A DNA stretch of 51,923 nt from Octopus bimaculoides (GCF_001194135.2 NC_068990.1:38439573-38491495), one strand, 5' to 3'. Counted from the stretch's first letter, positions 37,452 through 51,865 are shown. A program made the numbers and translations. Notes: generated by a model from the sequence alone, not told the origin.

Positions 37452-38734
37452 TATAAATGCATACACACGATTGGAAATTTGACGGTTTAGGAACGTCATA
37501 GTAACTGTTTTCACCTGAAGAATTGACCTCTTGAATAGCCTATTCAACTGAACGTTTATTTTTGCTATATTCTATTCTATTACGTATATAAAGGTATATA
37601 TGTGTTTGCGTCAACTACATACTACCATGTGTTTTAAGGTGTGTGTTTGTATATATATATGTATGTTTGCATTGTATTATAACATATACTTAACAAATCA
37701 TGTGACATAATTAGGCTTCTTGTATCAAAAATCTACATTGGTAAACTTGGAGAAATGTTATGTGCAATTCGATTGTCGTTGGAGCATTTGTGTCTTGCAT
37801 AATGCGTATGTACATAAATACATACAAAATGCGTTGCGTTCGTGTTCTTGCACTTATGACTGTGTATATATATATATGTATTTGTGCATTTATATATGCA
37901 CAAATGTATTCTTTGTTCATCTACATAGATTGCTGTTTTTCTTTCTTCCCTTAAATGTAACAACCTTGGCCTCTAAAGAAAATGAAGTAAGCACTACAAA
38001 TAAAAACAAAATTAACACAGAATTGTTTCGAAACAATTATGCAATACTTTACAATTCTTTGATTCCTGTAATGACAATTTATTTGAACAAATCATTACTG
38101 ACAGACTTCGTCTAAGCAAAAATGAATATTTAATTAAAAGTTAAATGGTAGGACAAAAATTGGAACAAAATTAATCAAATAAATAACTACTCTACCAATC
38201 AAAAAATAATTTTATAAGAAATTAATAAAACTCTTTTGTTTAATTTGATGGCAGTTTTAATTGATTTACCTGAAGACATTTCCTGAATTATATAAATATA
38301 CTATAATAATGTATAGTAGAAGCTTGTTTTATTTTGTTTGTATTTATTGAAACTATTTGAAAGAGCACAATTTTATTTTTTCTTATTTTATTTATAATAT
38401 TATTTTCCTTTGGTTTATATATTTTTCTATTTTTACAAATTATTTTCTGAGTAGATATTCATTTATGTCATTAGATTTAATCTATATTGATTTAAAGTTT
38501 CGATTTGAATGCGGTGATTGTGGTAAATATGATGAGATAATGACAGAAATTATCTATGTGTATACACACACACACACGCACACACATACATACACATACA
38601 CACACATACATATATATATCCGTTTATATGCATATATACATATACGTATGGACGTCTATGTACGTCTGAATATCTGTATGTATGTATAGGCTTACAAACA
38701 TATATTTTCACTCAAGCATACATCTGTTCAAAAT

Positions 38735-38832
38735 AGGCAGTCGATTGGCAGGGACGGTAGCCTGAAATGCGTTGCGATAATTTTTCTCGTGTACTACGCT
38801 CTCAGTTCAAATCCCCCTATAGTCTACCTTGT
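38735..38832 (+). mobile_element. SINE family B-like head, old
   Basis: TTGGCAG...CTGAAATGCGTTGCG...CTCAGTTCAAATCCC contains A- and B-box remnants. Confidence 0.35.
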
Positions 38833-39156
38833 TTAGTTATTTATTTTTACTGAAATAAAAATAGCACTAACTCACAACTAGTCTTACCATATCTTTCTTG
38901 TAGAAGTCACATTTTACATGCACCGCTGAATAAGGTCTCGGCAGGATAAGACGATTTATGTGTTTGCTCCTGACGATGTTAAAGCAATTCGCGAAATCGG
39001 ACTACAGTTATGAAATACTCTCATTCAAACATAGTTATCAGCTTTTACACACATGAACACGCGCATCCCACGCACACATGTATATGTGTATGTTTGTGGG
39101 AGTGGGGTTTTGCATCTGTTTACGCACACGTACACCTATATATACATACGTATATA

Positions 39157-40398
39157 TTGGGTCATCCTATAAATAATGCGGTTTTTTCAATTGCATGGTC
39201 TAAAAGTCGCAGGGGGTCAAGAAGAAGTACCTGCATCAACTTGTTATAAGAGCACTAGTAATTTTAATTTCTACTTATTTTTAGTGCAGGTTTTGAAGAG
39301 TGCAGTTCGATTTTAACAGTTATTTTATCAAAGCTATAATGGAAGTGACAAAGAAGTATATTCAGCATATTTTGCTTTATAAGCTCTGTAAAAGCAGCAA
39401 CACAACTGAAAGTGCGAGGAATATTAATGCAGTATATGGGGTTCGGAAAGTAAGCGTAAGCTAGTATCAACAGGAGTTCCAGAAATTTCATGCCGAAACT
39501 ACAGCCTAGAAGTCGAGCCACGTCCTGGGAGATCTGTAGAGCTCGACAAGGACGTCCTACAAACCGTGGTGGAATAAAATCCCATCGTAGTTGTTGAAGA
39601 ACTAGCAAAGTTGTTGAGAAACTAGCAAAGAAGCTTGGATTTGGTGATTCAACCATTCATCGACACCCGTGTGACGTCGGAAAAGTCAGAAAATTGGGTT
39701 AATGGGTTCTTCACAAACTTTCTGAGACTAATCACGCGCAGAAAGCGAATGTGTGCTCTTGTTTGCTGTTACGTCTTACGAATGAAGCATGGGTTCTTTA
39801 TAAAAATGTGATGCGCCAAAGACAGTAGGTAGGGAAAGGAGAAACACAGGTACCCAGGCTAAAGAAGGTCTTCACCCAAGTAAAGTGTTGCTATCGTTTG
39901 GGTGAGAAATGCAAAGCTTAGTCCACTTTGAACTTTTTACCAAAATCAAACGATAACAAAGGAGATCTACTGCGAGCAGCTTGAGCGGCTTAAGTCAGTA
40001 GTAGAAGATAAACGACCATCAGCATAATGATTGGCCACATACTTCGAGGGTTATCTTCCAAATGCTGGATCAGTTTTAATGGGAAACGATGCCGTATCCA
40101 TCATATTCGCCGGACGTTGCCCCATCTGATTGGCATTTATTCCGAAGTCTTCAAAATCATTTGGAAGGAAAAAAATATGAATTCTGTAGATGAGGTCAAA
40201 AGAGTGCTGGAGGAGTATTTTTCACTACGGAGAAGTGAATTTTGGAAGTGAATTTTGGCCTTGCAATTCTACCAGACAGATGGAAGAGCATTGTAGAAAA
40301 TGAATGAGAGTATATTTTTGAATGGAAAAGAACTTTACTTATCTTAATTTTGAAAAATAAAAGTATAAAAAAGCCGATTTATTTATGGAATAACCCAA
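39157..40398 (+). mobile_element. Mariner (DD34D) DNA transposon, full length, inactive
   Basis: TA target-site duplication at 39155-39156 and 40399-40400. Imperfect TIRs TTGGGTCATCCTATAAATAATGCGGTTTTTT / AAAAAAGCCGATTTATTTATGGAATAACCCAA. Disrupted ORF from ATG 39339 with WV(L)H, GLHP.KV and YSPDVAPSDWHLFRSLQNHL motifs. Confidence 0.92.
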
Positions 40399-43028
40399 TA
40401 TATGTACACGTATATTATACATAACCCTTGCGTTTGCCAATGTTTTCACCTTCTCCCCAACTTTTCTCGTATTCTCTCTTATTATATCCTCTTGTCGTCC
40501 TGTTTTATCTTGTGCGTGCCTTGTGACCACAGCCTGAAGATTGCATGAAGACATCAGATGTGTTATAAAATGCTGTCCTTGTTTTCATTTTATGAAAAGC
40601 GTGTACCGTGTTCATTAAGCAATATTCATCTCTCGTACTTATAGCTGTGTGGGTGGGTGCATGAGAGCGAGCGAGAGAGAGGGGGAGACAGACAGAGAGA
40701 GAGACAGACAGACAGAGAGACAGACATACATACAGACAGACTGACAGAGAGACAAACCGAGAGACAGAGAGACAGAATGTGAGACAAATATCATGCTCCA
40801 AATGTTATCACCTTCCTCATGGCAAAACCATTCCGTCCCCGTTTAAAAACGTTATTTTACAATATGTAAATATAAAGTTGTTATTAATAACTTTTTATTA
40901 ATTATGCATATGTAAGACTAAATATGTTGAAAGGATTTCAATATCAATTCGAAATTCTACTACATCTTTCAGGATCTTACTGCAGGGTTACCGACGTTTC
41001 ATTTCACTTCATTACACTTAGGGATTGTTACTGTAAGTAGAGATTAACGCAAAAGCATTACGTCGTCGCCCAACTTGTTCAAATTAATAGAAATATCTCC
41101 CGTGAAACACATATTACTTTTTAAAAACAGATGAAGACAATGGCATATACCGTACAGGACATATTATAAGATGGAATGAACATGGATGGAAAATATATGG
41201 TTGTAGGTTTGCTCGCGCAGTATTGTTGTAGGCTAAGCAGTAATAACAAGAGTGAGGCTATGAAAATCCACGACGGGTCACCATTATGATTTTGAACACT
41301 GAACATTTAACATATTTTATTGATTGATGCAGTCTTTTGTTCTACAAAATCTCTGCCTATTTCAATAATGATATATGACTTATGCAAATGGACTCGCACA
41401 CGATGAAAATGTAAAAAGAGTTATCATTTTATTCGAATCCTACGATCTTTTAATATCTATGCTTTGAGAAATCAAGAGTAATAGACAAGGTGGATCTCAG
41501 TAAGATTTGAACTTATATATAAAAGCGACGTATCTAAATAATGTAAAGCAATTTGCAGCCGCTCCACTTATAGTGCCATCTCAGCTTTTATGTTTCTTCA
41601 ATAAGGATTCATATGTGAGTATATTTACGGGTGTATGCATGAAAGTATATTGGTGTGCAAGCGTCTATTATTCATGTACATGTATATGTGTATACGTGTG
41701 TGTGTATAACTAGTTGTATTTAAGTATTTATGCATGAGTCCATGTCTGTGTGTGTATATATGATAGGCGAGCGTTTGTGCGGCGTGTCTATGGTGGTAGA
41801 AAATTGATAACAATGGTTAAGAAAACAACAGTTATGAAAACTGCGGCAACAATAAGCATGACAAATAGAACAATAACAACAACTAGAAATGCAGTGAATA
41901 GCAAGAAGTTCTTTTTTTTCTCTTTTTAAGTGAAGAAGTGGGGGTGTTTCAGTAGATAATAAGAAAGTCATACAAGAAGATGAAGAAATTAGGTAAAACA
42001 TAAACTAGCTACGATGAAAACAGCAAAGACAAAAACGAAGCGAAACAATGATAAACAACAAGAACACGAACATCGGCAATGTATCAAAGATTGTTATGTA
42101 TTGGTGATATCAATTATATCAATGGGAACGTAACATAATGGTAATGATGAGGAAGAAGGGCCAAAGAAGATGATGGGTGAAGTGTGGTTGGAGGAAAAGA
42201 GAAAAAGTGGAATTAAAGTAATAAAGAGGAAAACGGTGGTGGTGTTGTTGTTGTTGTTGTTGGTGGTGCTGGTGGTGGTGGTGGTTGAGGCGGCGGCGGT
42301 GGTGTTGGCGAAGTTGATGAGGAAGTTAAGGAAGAGGTGGATATTGATGATCATGTTGGGGATCAGGGAGGGGTACGGGAGGGGTATGTGAATGACAACG
42401 TTTACCACGACGATGATAATGATGGCATTGTAACGATGAGGACGATAATGGTTTTGATAGCGGTGGTGGTAAAGATTTTGCAAAAGAGAAAAATAATGTT
42501 AAAAACATGAAGAATATGGCTGCAAAGTAAAATGAAGATATTGGTCAGTCTTGTGGTGGGGGTGACGACAGAAGCACTGGAACATCTTTGAGTATGACAA
42601 TAAGATTTTACTCTGTGTAGAAAACAAAACATACGTACATACATATACACATACAACTGCATATGTGTGTGTGTATGTGTGTGTGTATGTGTGTATGTTT
42701 GTTTGAATGTGTGTTTGTATTTATGTATGTATGTTAGTATGTATGTATGCATACATAACCACCATACAATATAACAAAGACGCACAGACACACGCACCTC
42801 CATAGATATCATAGATATCACACACATACAAAAAGTACACACTAACACACACACACACACACAAACATATATAAATGTATATATATGTGCATATATAGGT
42901 ATATATATATTTATTTATATATACGCATATTTGCATCCATGTACATTCACAAACAAATGCCTATGCACTTACGCGCACACACATTTGTATTTGTTAACAT
43001 ACACGCATTTTTCAGTTTATATGTGTAC

Positions 43029-43074
<46 letters not shown>

Positions 43075-43154
43075 NNNNNNNNNNNNNNNNNNNNNNNNNN
43101 NNNNNNNNNNNNNNNNNNNNNNNNNNNNNNNNNNNNNNNNNNNNNNNNNNNNNN

Positions 43155-43229
<75 letters not shown>

Positions 43230-44195
43230 TGCATATATTTTTGCAATGTGTCTGTTTGTCTGTGCGTATATATGAACGTATATACTTTAACTGCATATGT
43301 ATACATCGTAGCAATCAGAAAAATATTATTTAGTGAAACCAGTTTTTGCCCAGATAAACTGGTTATGGATGAATATAATGATTACTATTAATGAATATTT
43401 ATAGCCTGTTTTGATAGACTTGTTGTTTATTTATTTTCTTATTAATTAATTATTTTTTTATTATTTCTTCACGTCATTTTTATACTAATTTTCTTTTCTA
43501 TGTGTTTTGTCTAGCATACCTTTCTCTTTATTCTTCATACATACATATATTCATATGTTCGTGTATTTCTCTCCCCATCCCTCTCCTTCCCTCCCCTTCT
43601 TCATCTCCCTGTATTCATATGTATCTATGATGTACGTAGACACACACATACATAAATGCATACATACATATTTATATATATATATATATNNNNNNNNNNN
43701 NNNNNNNNNNNNNNNNNNNNNNNNNNNNNNNNNNNNNNNNNNNNNNNNNNNNNNNNNNNNNNNNNNNNNNNNNNNNNNNNNNNNNNNNNNNNNNNNNNNN
43801 NNNNNNNNNNNNNNNNNNNNNNNNNNNNNNNNNNNNNNNNNNNNNNNNNNNNNNNNNNNNNNNNNNNNNNNNNNNNNNNNNNNNNNNNNNNNNNNNNNNN
43901 CATCGGGAGAAAAAAATAACATCACATTGGTTTCGGTTGTACTACCACCACAGTAGTGAAAGTAATTAAGCAAAAATAATTTTAAAAAAACTTTAATAAC
44001 AACATGGGCGAACGATAATGTTGACAACATTATCGTTTGCAAAACAAAGTATGAATAATACAATAACAACAACGAGAACATGAAAAGCAAGAAATGGCAT
44101 AAACAACAACATTTTTGTTCTCCAACTTTTTTGTACCATCCAAGAAATATCAACAAGAATTTAGAATACAGTCATCACTCCCTCTCATTCTCCCT

Positions 44196-44240
<45 letters not shown>

Positions 44241-45299
44241 AACTCTCTCTAACAAGCACCCCGGCTTTGTTTCTTTAAATGTTTCTCTGTCTATTACACT
44301 ATATATTTCTCTCTTCCCTTTTGTTTCCCGTTACTTTCTTTCTCTTATTCTCTAACGCAAAGATATGGCATGAAAAAAAATACAGCATATGGAATCGTGT
44401 ACTTACATATATATTAGCATATACGTCCACCAAAAGACACACAAATTTGAATATATTTGGATTTATATACGTATGTATGCACGTTTGTATGTACTTGTGC
44501 ATTCTTATAAATATATATTGCATGCTTATATGACTACGTACATAAATATTGTACACACATCAACACGTAGACTCACGTATTGTATGTGTGTTTGTGTGCA
44601 TGTGTATATGTCTGTCTGTGCCTGGGTGTGTACATATGAGCATGTGGATGTATGTTTGTATAGAAGCACACTCATGCACACAGACAAACACACCCCTACA
44701 CATACATATGCATTCATATATGTATATATGTATATCCATATATAAAAATCGCAAGCGTTCAAACACGCACATATATACGTAAGTGCACATGTATGTATGT
44801 ATGTATGTATGTATGTATATAGGTATGTATGTATGTATGTATTTATACATACGACAGATAAAAGAAACAAAAAGCCCTTGCTAAATTGTCCTTAAATGTT
44901 AGAAGATATTATCGACGAACAGACCTCACAAAAGAAACGCTACGTATCAGTTTTGTTTCATTTCATTGTGTCTTTATTTTTATCCTGTTCGTGGGTCGGG
45001 GAGTAGGAACGTTGAGTTGGGTGAGGTGATGTAGTAAACAATGGAGATAGAAATGTGTTTAATGCTAACGTTAACATTGTCCTGATGATACTGATCATTC
45101 GCTTTGAGAGCATCATCAACAACATACAGTCGTCGTCGTAGTCATTGCTGTCATCGTCGTAGTTATTGCTGTCATCGTCACCAGCATCACAATAATCTTT
45201 ATCTGAATTTTGTATTTCCATCTATTGATACTAAGCAAACATTTAAACTGAAAAACTTTTGCGCGAAGATATGAGATATTCCTAAATATTTATGTTTAT

Positions 45300-45346
<47 letters not shown>

Positions 45347-46172
45347 NNNNNNNNNNNNNNNNNNNNNNNNNNNNNNNNNNNNNNNNNNNNNNNNNNNNNN
45401 NNNNNNNNNNNNNNNNNNNNNNNNNNNNNNNNNNNNNNNNNNNNNNNNNNNNNNNNNNNNNNNNNNNNNNNNNNNNNNNNNNNNNNNNNNNNNNNNNNNN
45501 NNNNNNNNNNNNNNNNNNNNNNNNNNNNNNNNNNNNNNNNNNNNNNNNNNNNNNNNNNNNNNNNNNNNNNNNNNNNNNNNNNNNNNNNNNNNNNNNNNNN
45601 NNNNNNNNNNNNNNNNNNNNNNNNNNNNNNNNNNNNNNNNNNNNNNNNNNNNNNNNNNNNNNNNNNNNNNNNNNNNNNNNNNNNNNNNNNNNNNNNNNNN
45701 NNNNNNNNNNNNNNNNNNNNNNNNNNNNNNNNNNNNNNNNNNNNNNNNNNNNNNNNNNNNNNNNNNNNNNNNNNNNNNNNNNNNNNNNNNNNNNNNNNNN
45801 NNNNNNNNNNNNNNNNNNNNNNNNNNNNNNNNNNNNNNNNNNNNNNNNNNNNNNNNNNNNNNNNNNNNNNNNNNNNNNNNNNNNNNNNNNNNNNNNNNNN
45901 NNNNNNNNNNNNNNNNNNNNNNNNNNNNNNNNNNNNNNNNNNNNNNNNNNNNNNNNNNNNNNNNNNNNNNNNNNNNNNNNNNNNNNNNNNNNNNNNNNNN
46001 NNNNNNNNNNNNNNNNNNNNNNNNNNNNNNNNNNNNNNNNNNNNNNNNNNNNNNNNNNNNNNNNNNNNNNNNNNNNNNNNNNNNNNNNNNNNNNNNNNNN
46101 NNNNNNNNNNNNNNNNNNNNNNNNNNNNNNNNNNNNNNNNNNNNNNNNNNNNNNNNNNNNNNNNNNNNNNNN

Positions 46173-46221
<49 letters not shown>

Positions 46222-46439
46222 TGAAAGGTTTAATTGTTTTTTAGATTGTATACGAGTGTATTGATATTAAAAACCCCAACCTAACATAATACCTCGACAA
46301 ATTTATCAAGAAGAAATTGTTTGTACTTTTTATCAAAATATGCTACTAGTTTCCATTGATTACAAAAGCGATTTAATCCAGTTGAAATGAAGCCGAAAAT
46401 ATGACGGAAATAATTCTAATTAATCGTTTGTGATTAAAT

Positions 46440-46800
46440 TGACACTTGGACTTCCAGAATTGATCACAAGAAAGACCGATTTAATGTATATCCGTATGAT
46501 TTCCTTGTTTGATTTAAAGAGGAAAAGTCAGAATTTCACAAGGGGAGAGGGGTTGCCATTTTTATAGAAAAACATAAAGAAGCATTTGTTGAAAATAAAG
46601 AAAACCTGAACTAAGTATAGTTGGCTGTATGTCCACATTATACCATGATATTTCTAGTTAGTTATTCAATGAGACAGAGTTCTCTCATTAACGTGGGAGA
46701 AGCGTTTGTATTTGACAATGATATGTACGTGATGAAAAAAGTCATGTCCAGAAGAGATTTTTCGCTTATTTTATGTGATTATAAAGTCGAATTCTGTAGG
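46440..46800 (+). mobile_element. Possible LINE apurinic-like endonuclease remnant
   Basis: One frame gives ...KGRGVAIFIE... and, about 70 codons later, ...LILCDYK.... These resemble the APE motifs GGGVA.(Y/F)I and I(I/L)GDFN. In-frame stops are present. Confidence 0.35.
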
Positions 46801-47993
46801 TTATACGACTAATCCGTGGTAGTGACTGGTTGAGTCGATGAATGAAAATATGCTTCTTGGGTTGCGTGTAGAATTAACTGAACAACACCCCAAAGCATTT
46901 GACAATAGGTTTAATTATCGCACATAAAGACATACGGTTTTATCTGTAAAAGGTCATTGCCTTTTACGGATAAAGCAGCAATACTTACATACTGCGAGAG
47001 AATACTGCTTGGAGTCAGCGGCAAACTATTGATACAGGAACACATGGACTACCCAGCACAAATGGAAACAGTTGTGCTATTTTCGTGACGACAGGGATGG
47101 TTCCTGTCATGTATCAGCGTTACCTGCCTTAGCCATTTTCCTTAGTTGTCTGGGTAGTAAAAATGCGCGCCGAACGGTTTTGATTAGGGACAGAAAGTCA
47201 AATTCTAGAATGTTCGAGAAAACCTGTCCACAGTTATTCGATTTTTAATTACCACTATAATAGAACGTCTATTAACTTAAATAGGGTAGGGTGCGTATGC
47301 CTCAAGTGGAGGGAGTGGCAGTTCGGGACAAGAATTCTACTCGCATTGTGCCTCAAGAACAAACAAATGAGTCCGAGAAAATTATCTTGGGGATTTGTTT
47401 TATAAAATCGCAGCCAATGTTCGCTATCCTTAAAAGCAGTGAGCAAACTGAATTGTCAGCGCGATGGACAAAATACCACGCAGCATTTTATCTGCATTTA
47501 CATTCTAAGTTGAAATTCTGTACAAGTCAATGTTGCTTTTTATCCTTGCGAGGTCGATTAAATAAGTTCCAATTGAACACTAAGGTGGACTAGCACCCTA
47601 CCCAGAAGAGTTTCGGGCTTTGTCATCTCTATAGTAAAAAGGACAAAACTATAATGAATTCTTGTGACTTAAGGCTTCTACGTTTAGACAGTGTTGCTAA
47701 GGTGGATCTCCGAGTATTTCCATGAATTACGAACAAAATGTTACAGGAAGGAAATTTATTAATTTGTATTTTACCAATCTCAGAGAGATGAAAGTATAAG
47801 CAAGTCTTGCGACGTTTGAAAACATAACGGATGAGACTTAACGCAAGGAAATGCAAGACATAAAATATATAACTCTTCTTTATCTCATACAACGTTAGCT
47901 TTACCAAATACAAAGAATATAAATGGAAGATTCGTGATCAAAATTCATAAATATTTTACTCGGATTCAATCCCTACTTATTTTAAAAGCACTT

Positions 47994-48044
47994 TCAACAG
48001 CAGCCCTCTTTTTTATCTAATCGGTTATCAACATTCAGAAATAC
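47994..48044 (-). CDS. Candidate terminal coding exon ending in a di-cysteine (Rab-like prenylation tail)
   Basis: gcttatttctttttgaataaatacatttacag|VFLNVDNRLDKKEGCC*, with AATAAA about 235 nt downstream (47755-47760). No GTPase exons were found in the window. Confidence 0.2.
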   Translation of the reverse strand, partial: VFLNVDNRLDKKEGCC

Positions 48045-49027
48045 CTGTAAATGTATTTATTCAAAAAGAAATAAGCAAATTGCTATATTTGTTTCTCTAA
48101 TGCCAACCCCTTAACATCAGGATATAGCCTATGTGATCATTGAATATTTATGGCTGCTTATATATATATATGTATGTATGCGTGTGTGCGCGTATGTGTG
48201 TGTGTGTATTAATCAGTGTGTGCGCAACTAATACGCTATTCTAATGCTATTAAGCTAGGCATGACTTCAGCTGCCCACAACTATAAGCTGTGTGAATTTA
48301 ACAAACATATAAGGTTTTTATCTCTTTACCCTTCATAAACAGTCATACTGCTGGTTACACAAATCGCATTTACAAGTGAGAATGAATAACATTGATTTGA
48401 CTGGATACTCGACGCACAGTGGGATCCTGCTGTATCACTAGCACTTTCTCTTCTTCATAGCAAATGTCCTGATCTCTCTGCGGCTTACCTATTTTGGTTG
48501 TTGTTCTCGAGATTGTTTTTGTTGTTGTTGTTTTAGCCACTGGTTACTCTGATCAATTCGATACTTGGTAAAAAATATTCTATCGTAATCACCCTGTTCT
48601 TGGCATCCAAAATTACAATATTTAGTATCTTTGTGGCCCTTCAAAGATGGCAAGTTGTGAATTGAGTGAGTCTTGGTTACTATAACATTTGTTTCTGTGA
48701 GCACCGTCATTGTCTAGTGACCAACCTAGTCTTCTTAGTTATAAGTAGGTACCAATTTGAGGTATATTACTATGTAGTGTAGTCCAATAGTCATAATTCT
48801 CGACAAGCCAATTACACCAATCTACAAATATGTGCCTCAGGTTAAAATTGGTTCTAAGTGATCAAAGCAAACTGAACGCATAAAAATCTCTTTCTCTCCC
48901 GTCGTCTATATGCTTATGTTTATGTTTGCTTATATCTATGTCTATCTATTTATCTATCATTACAGGTACAAACACACACACACATATAAAATAGTGTATG
49001 CATTTATACACGAAAAAGGTGACCTGC

Positions 49028-49820
49028 AACAGGACACCTGACATGCTAGAGAGGGCAGTTAAAGCCCAAACGAAGAATAAGAGTAATTTCAAAGGAATGA
49101 AAAATAAAATATTTTTATAGTTAACCATAGACTCGAGTTTCTACGTCAATTTGCAAACAAATTAATTTGCCATCCGAGGTTTTTCAGTAAGGGCGCTAAA
49201 ATCAATGCATATATATGGAGCAACACAAAATACACGTGTTACATACTTGTACATTATAATTTTTCAAATTCACCGCGCAAGCGCAGTTACATTCGGCAGC
49301 AAATGATAATAAAACATTAGAACTGCGTACTAAAGGGCTTCGAAATTACGAAAATATTACTGTGAAAATAATAAGGGTAAAAATTTAGAGAAATTTTCCT
49401 ACCGGCGGCCAGCATGCGTAATGAAGTCAATAGACAACATATTTTTCATATAAAATAATGTACGCATTTATACACAAAAGAGATGACGTTTAACAGGACA
49501 CTTTACATGTTAGAGAGGACAGTTAAAGCCCTAACCACGGATAAGGGTGATTTCAAAGGGAATGAAAAATAAAATATTTTTATAGTTAACCTTAGACTCG
49601 AGTTTCTACATCAATGTGCAAACAAATTAATTTCCCATCCATGCCATTTCAGTAAGGGCGCTAAAATTAAGGCATATTTATGCAGCAAAGGAAAATGCAT
49701 GTGTTACATACTTATACAATATTATTTTTCCAATCCACAGCGCAAGCGCAGTTACAGTCGGCAGCAGATAATAATAAAACATTCAAACTGCGTACCAAAG
49801 GACTTCGAAATTACGAAAAT
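49028..49820. repeat. Diverged direct repeat: two ~330-bp copies (49028-49355, 49492-49820), period 464 bp
   Basis: Shared blocks: AACAGGACAC, CAGTTAAAGCCC, GAATGAAAAATAAAATATTTTTATAGTTAACC, TAGACTCGAGTTTCTAC, CAGTAAGGGCGCTAAAAT, GCGCAAGCGCAGTTACA, CTTCGAAATTACGAAAAT. Confidence 0.92.
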
Positions 49821-50035
49821 TTAGCTAAGTAATAAATATTCTATTTTGCATTTCCTTTGAAATTAAACGAGCACCACTTTCATGAAAGAAGTGTCCTTTG
49901 TTTAAAGTCTTCCTCGTAATATGGGCATGGGGAAATATTATCTTACTTGGAAGCAGGTGGGTATTGTTGACGAGAATGGCATCCGGCAATACAGAATCTG
50001 TTTGATTCATGTGGGCATAGAAAAGGGGATGCTTC

Positions 50036-50036
50036 A

Positions 50037-50103
<67 letters not shown>

Positions 50104-50187
50104 TTATCTATCTATCTCTATCTATCTATCTATCTATTATTCTATCTATCTATCCATCCATCCATCCATCCATCCATCCATCCATCC

Positions 50188-50228
<41 letters not shown>
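50036..50228. repeat. (ATCT)n/(ATCC)n tetranucleotide microsatellite
   Basis: Seen directly. Confidence 0.95.
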
Positions 50229-51865
50229 AACACACAGGTGTGTGTGTGTGTGTGTATAATATAAAAGAAAGTAGCTGTAACAGAGACATTGAAACAGAAT
50301 TTTGAAGTGCTTAAATTCTGTGTGTGTTAATATATTTACTTAATTACTCTTATTTATCAGTGGTCTATCATATTGTTTTGATGGGCCATTTTCTATCATT
50401 TACAAAATTGTCATCATATTTGAGACGCATGTATGCTAGTGTATATATACATATAGTCACATACATCATTCTGCATTATACTATTATACTGGCATTAATT
50501 AAAAATTTAGGAGTCTGAAATAGTTGTCTTATAAACAAATACGAGGTTGCCTCTATGTCTCCGCGACAGGATAAGTCATCCAACACAGTGGCAATCGATA
50601 ACCAAACCTAGTAGAAGGGTTTGTTAGCTGACATCATCTGTAGACGGGTTAATTTTTTAGAAATCAAACCCATTATATTTCAACTGGATTATTTATTATT
50701 GCTGCCGGGAGCTGGCTCGCCAACTGTCGTAAAGTCGATCGGCTGTAAGTCGACGACGACGTGTATACACACACACACACACACACACGCACACACACAC
50801 ACACACACACACATACACACACACAAACACACACACACATATACATATATTAATGGATACACACACATGCACGCACAATATACTGAGTGAGTTAGAGAGA
50901 ATAATGACAAGATAGATTGAATTGAAGGGTTTTTGAATTGGTTTCGTGTCTATGCAGTTTCAAATAATTATTTACATATGCAAAGGCGTATGATTTGCAT
51001 ATAAATACATAAATTTGGTAAAAGTGATACCTTGGACAAAATCCGAACAGCGGAATATTTACGACATATTGTCTCGATGGCCGTATAGACATTTTTGTTT
51101 GGCAAATTTATCATACTAGCTGGTAGCACGAATANNNNNNNNNNNNNNNNNNNNNNNNNNNNNNNNNNNNNNNNNNNNNNNNNNNNNNNNNNNNNNNNNN
51201 NNNNNNNNNATATATATATATATATACATGTATACGTATATACGCACGCACACATGCACATGCAGTTATTTACATATGCATACGGATGCACATCTCCATA
51301 TGAATACTTTCCTAGCTTTCCTCACAGCCATCCATTCCTTGGAGACTCTGCCTGTAACTTAGCACCCCATTCACGTTGTCTGACAACTCTCGTCACATTT
51401 TTGACACACACCTAATACAAACTACAATAAATGTTGCCGAATACAACCAATTAAATGAAGCACTCTAGATAAATAAATAATTTAAAATGTAAATAAGAAT
51501 ACTAAATGATCGTGCACAGATAGAAGGGAAGGCAGATCAATGAGAAAAATGAGAGCAATGAGACAATGAGAAAAGAAAAGAGAGATAATAGAGAGGGATT
51601 TGAATAAGGAAAGACGATGAAGATTGAGAGTACTAAGACACATGGAGAGAGGAAATGAAGGATATGTGCGGATGAACGTAAAATTCATGCCAAAGAGGAA
51701 CAATGAGAACTGTCTTAGTTTCAAACATGACAGGGTGACGCAAAGAAAAATTTAAGTCAACACAAAGTTGTAGAAAAGCAGTAAAGATCAAGAACAGAAA
51801 TGTGTTAATGAAGAAGAATTAATAAATAATTGAGTCAATGAACTACAAGTAACCAGAGCAAAGAA

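Noticed and set aside
49210-49770. Duplicated cysteine-rich peptide (AAECNCACAV...VCNTCI) on the minus strand of the tandem repeat
   Set aside because: Copy 2 has an in-frame TAA, and most substitutions between the copies are non-synonymous, as expected under neutrality. There is no start or signal context.
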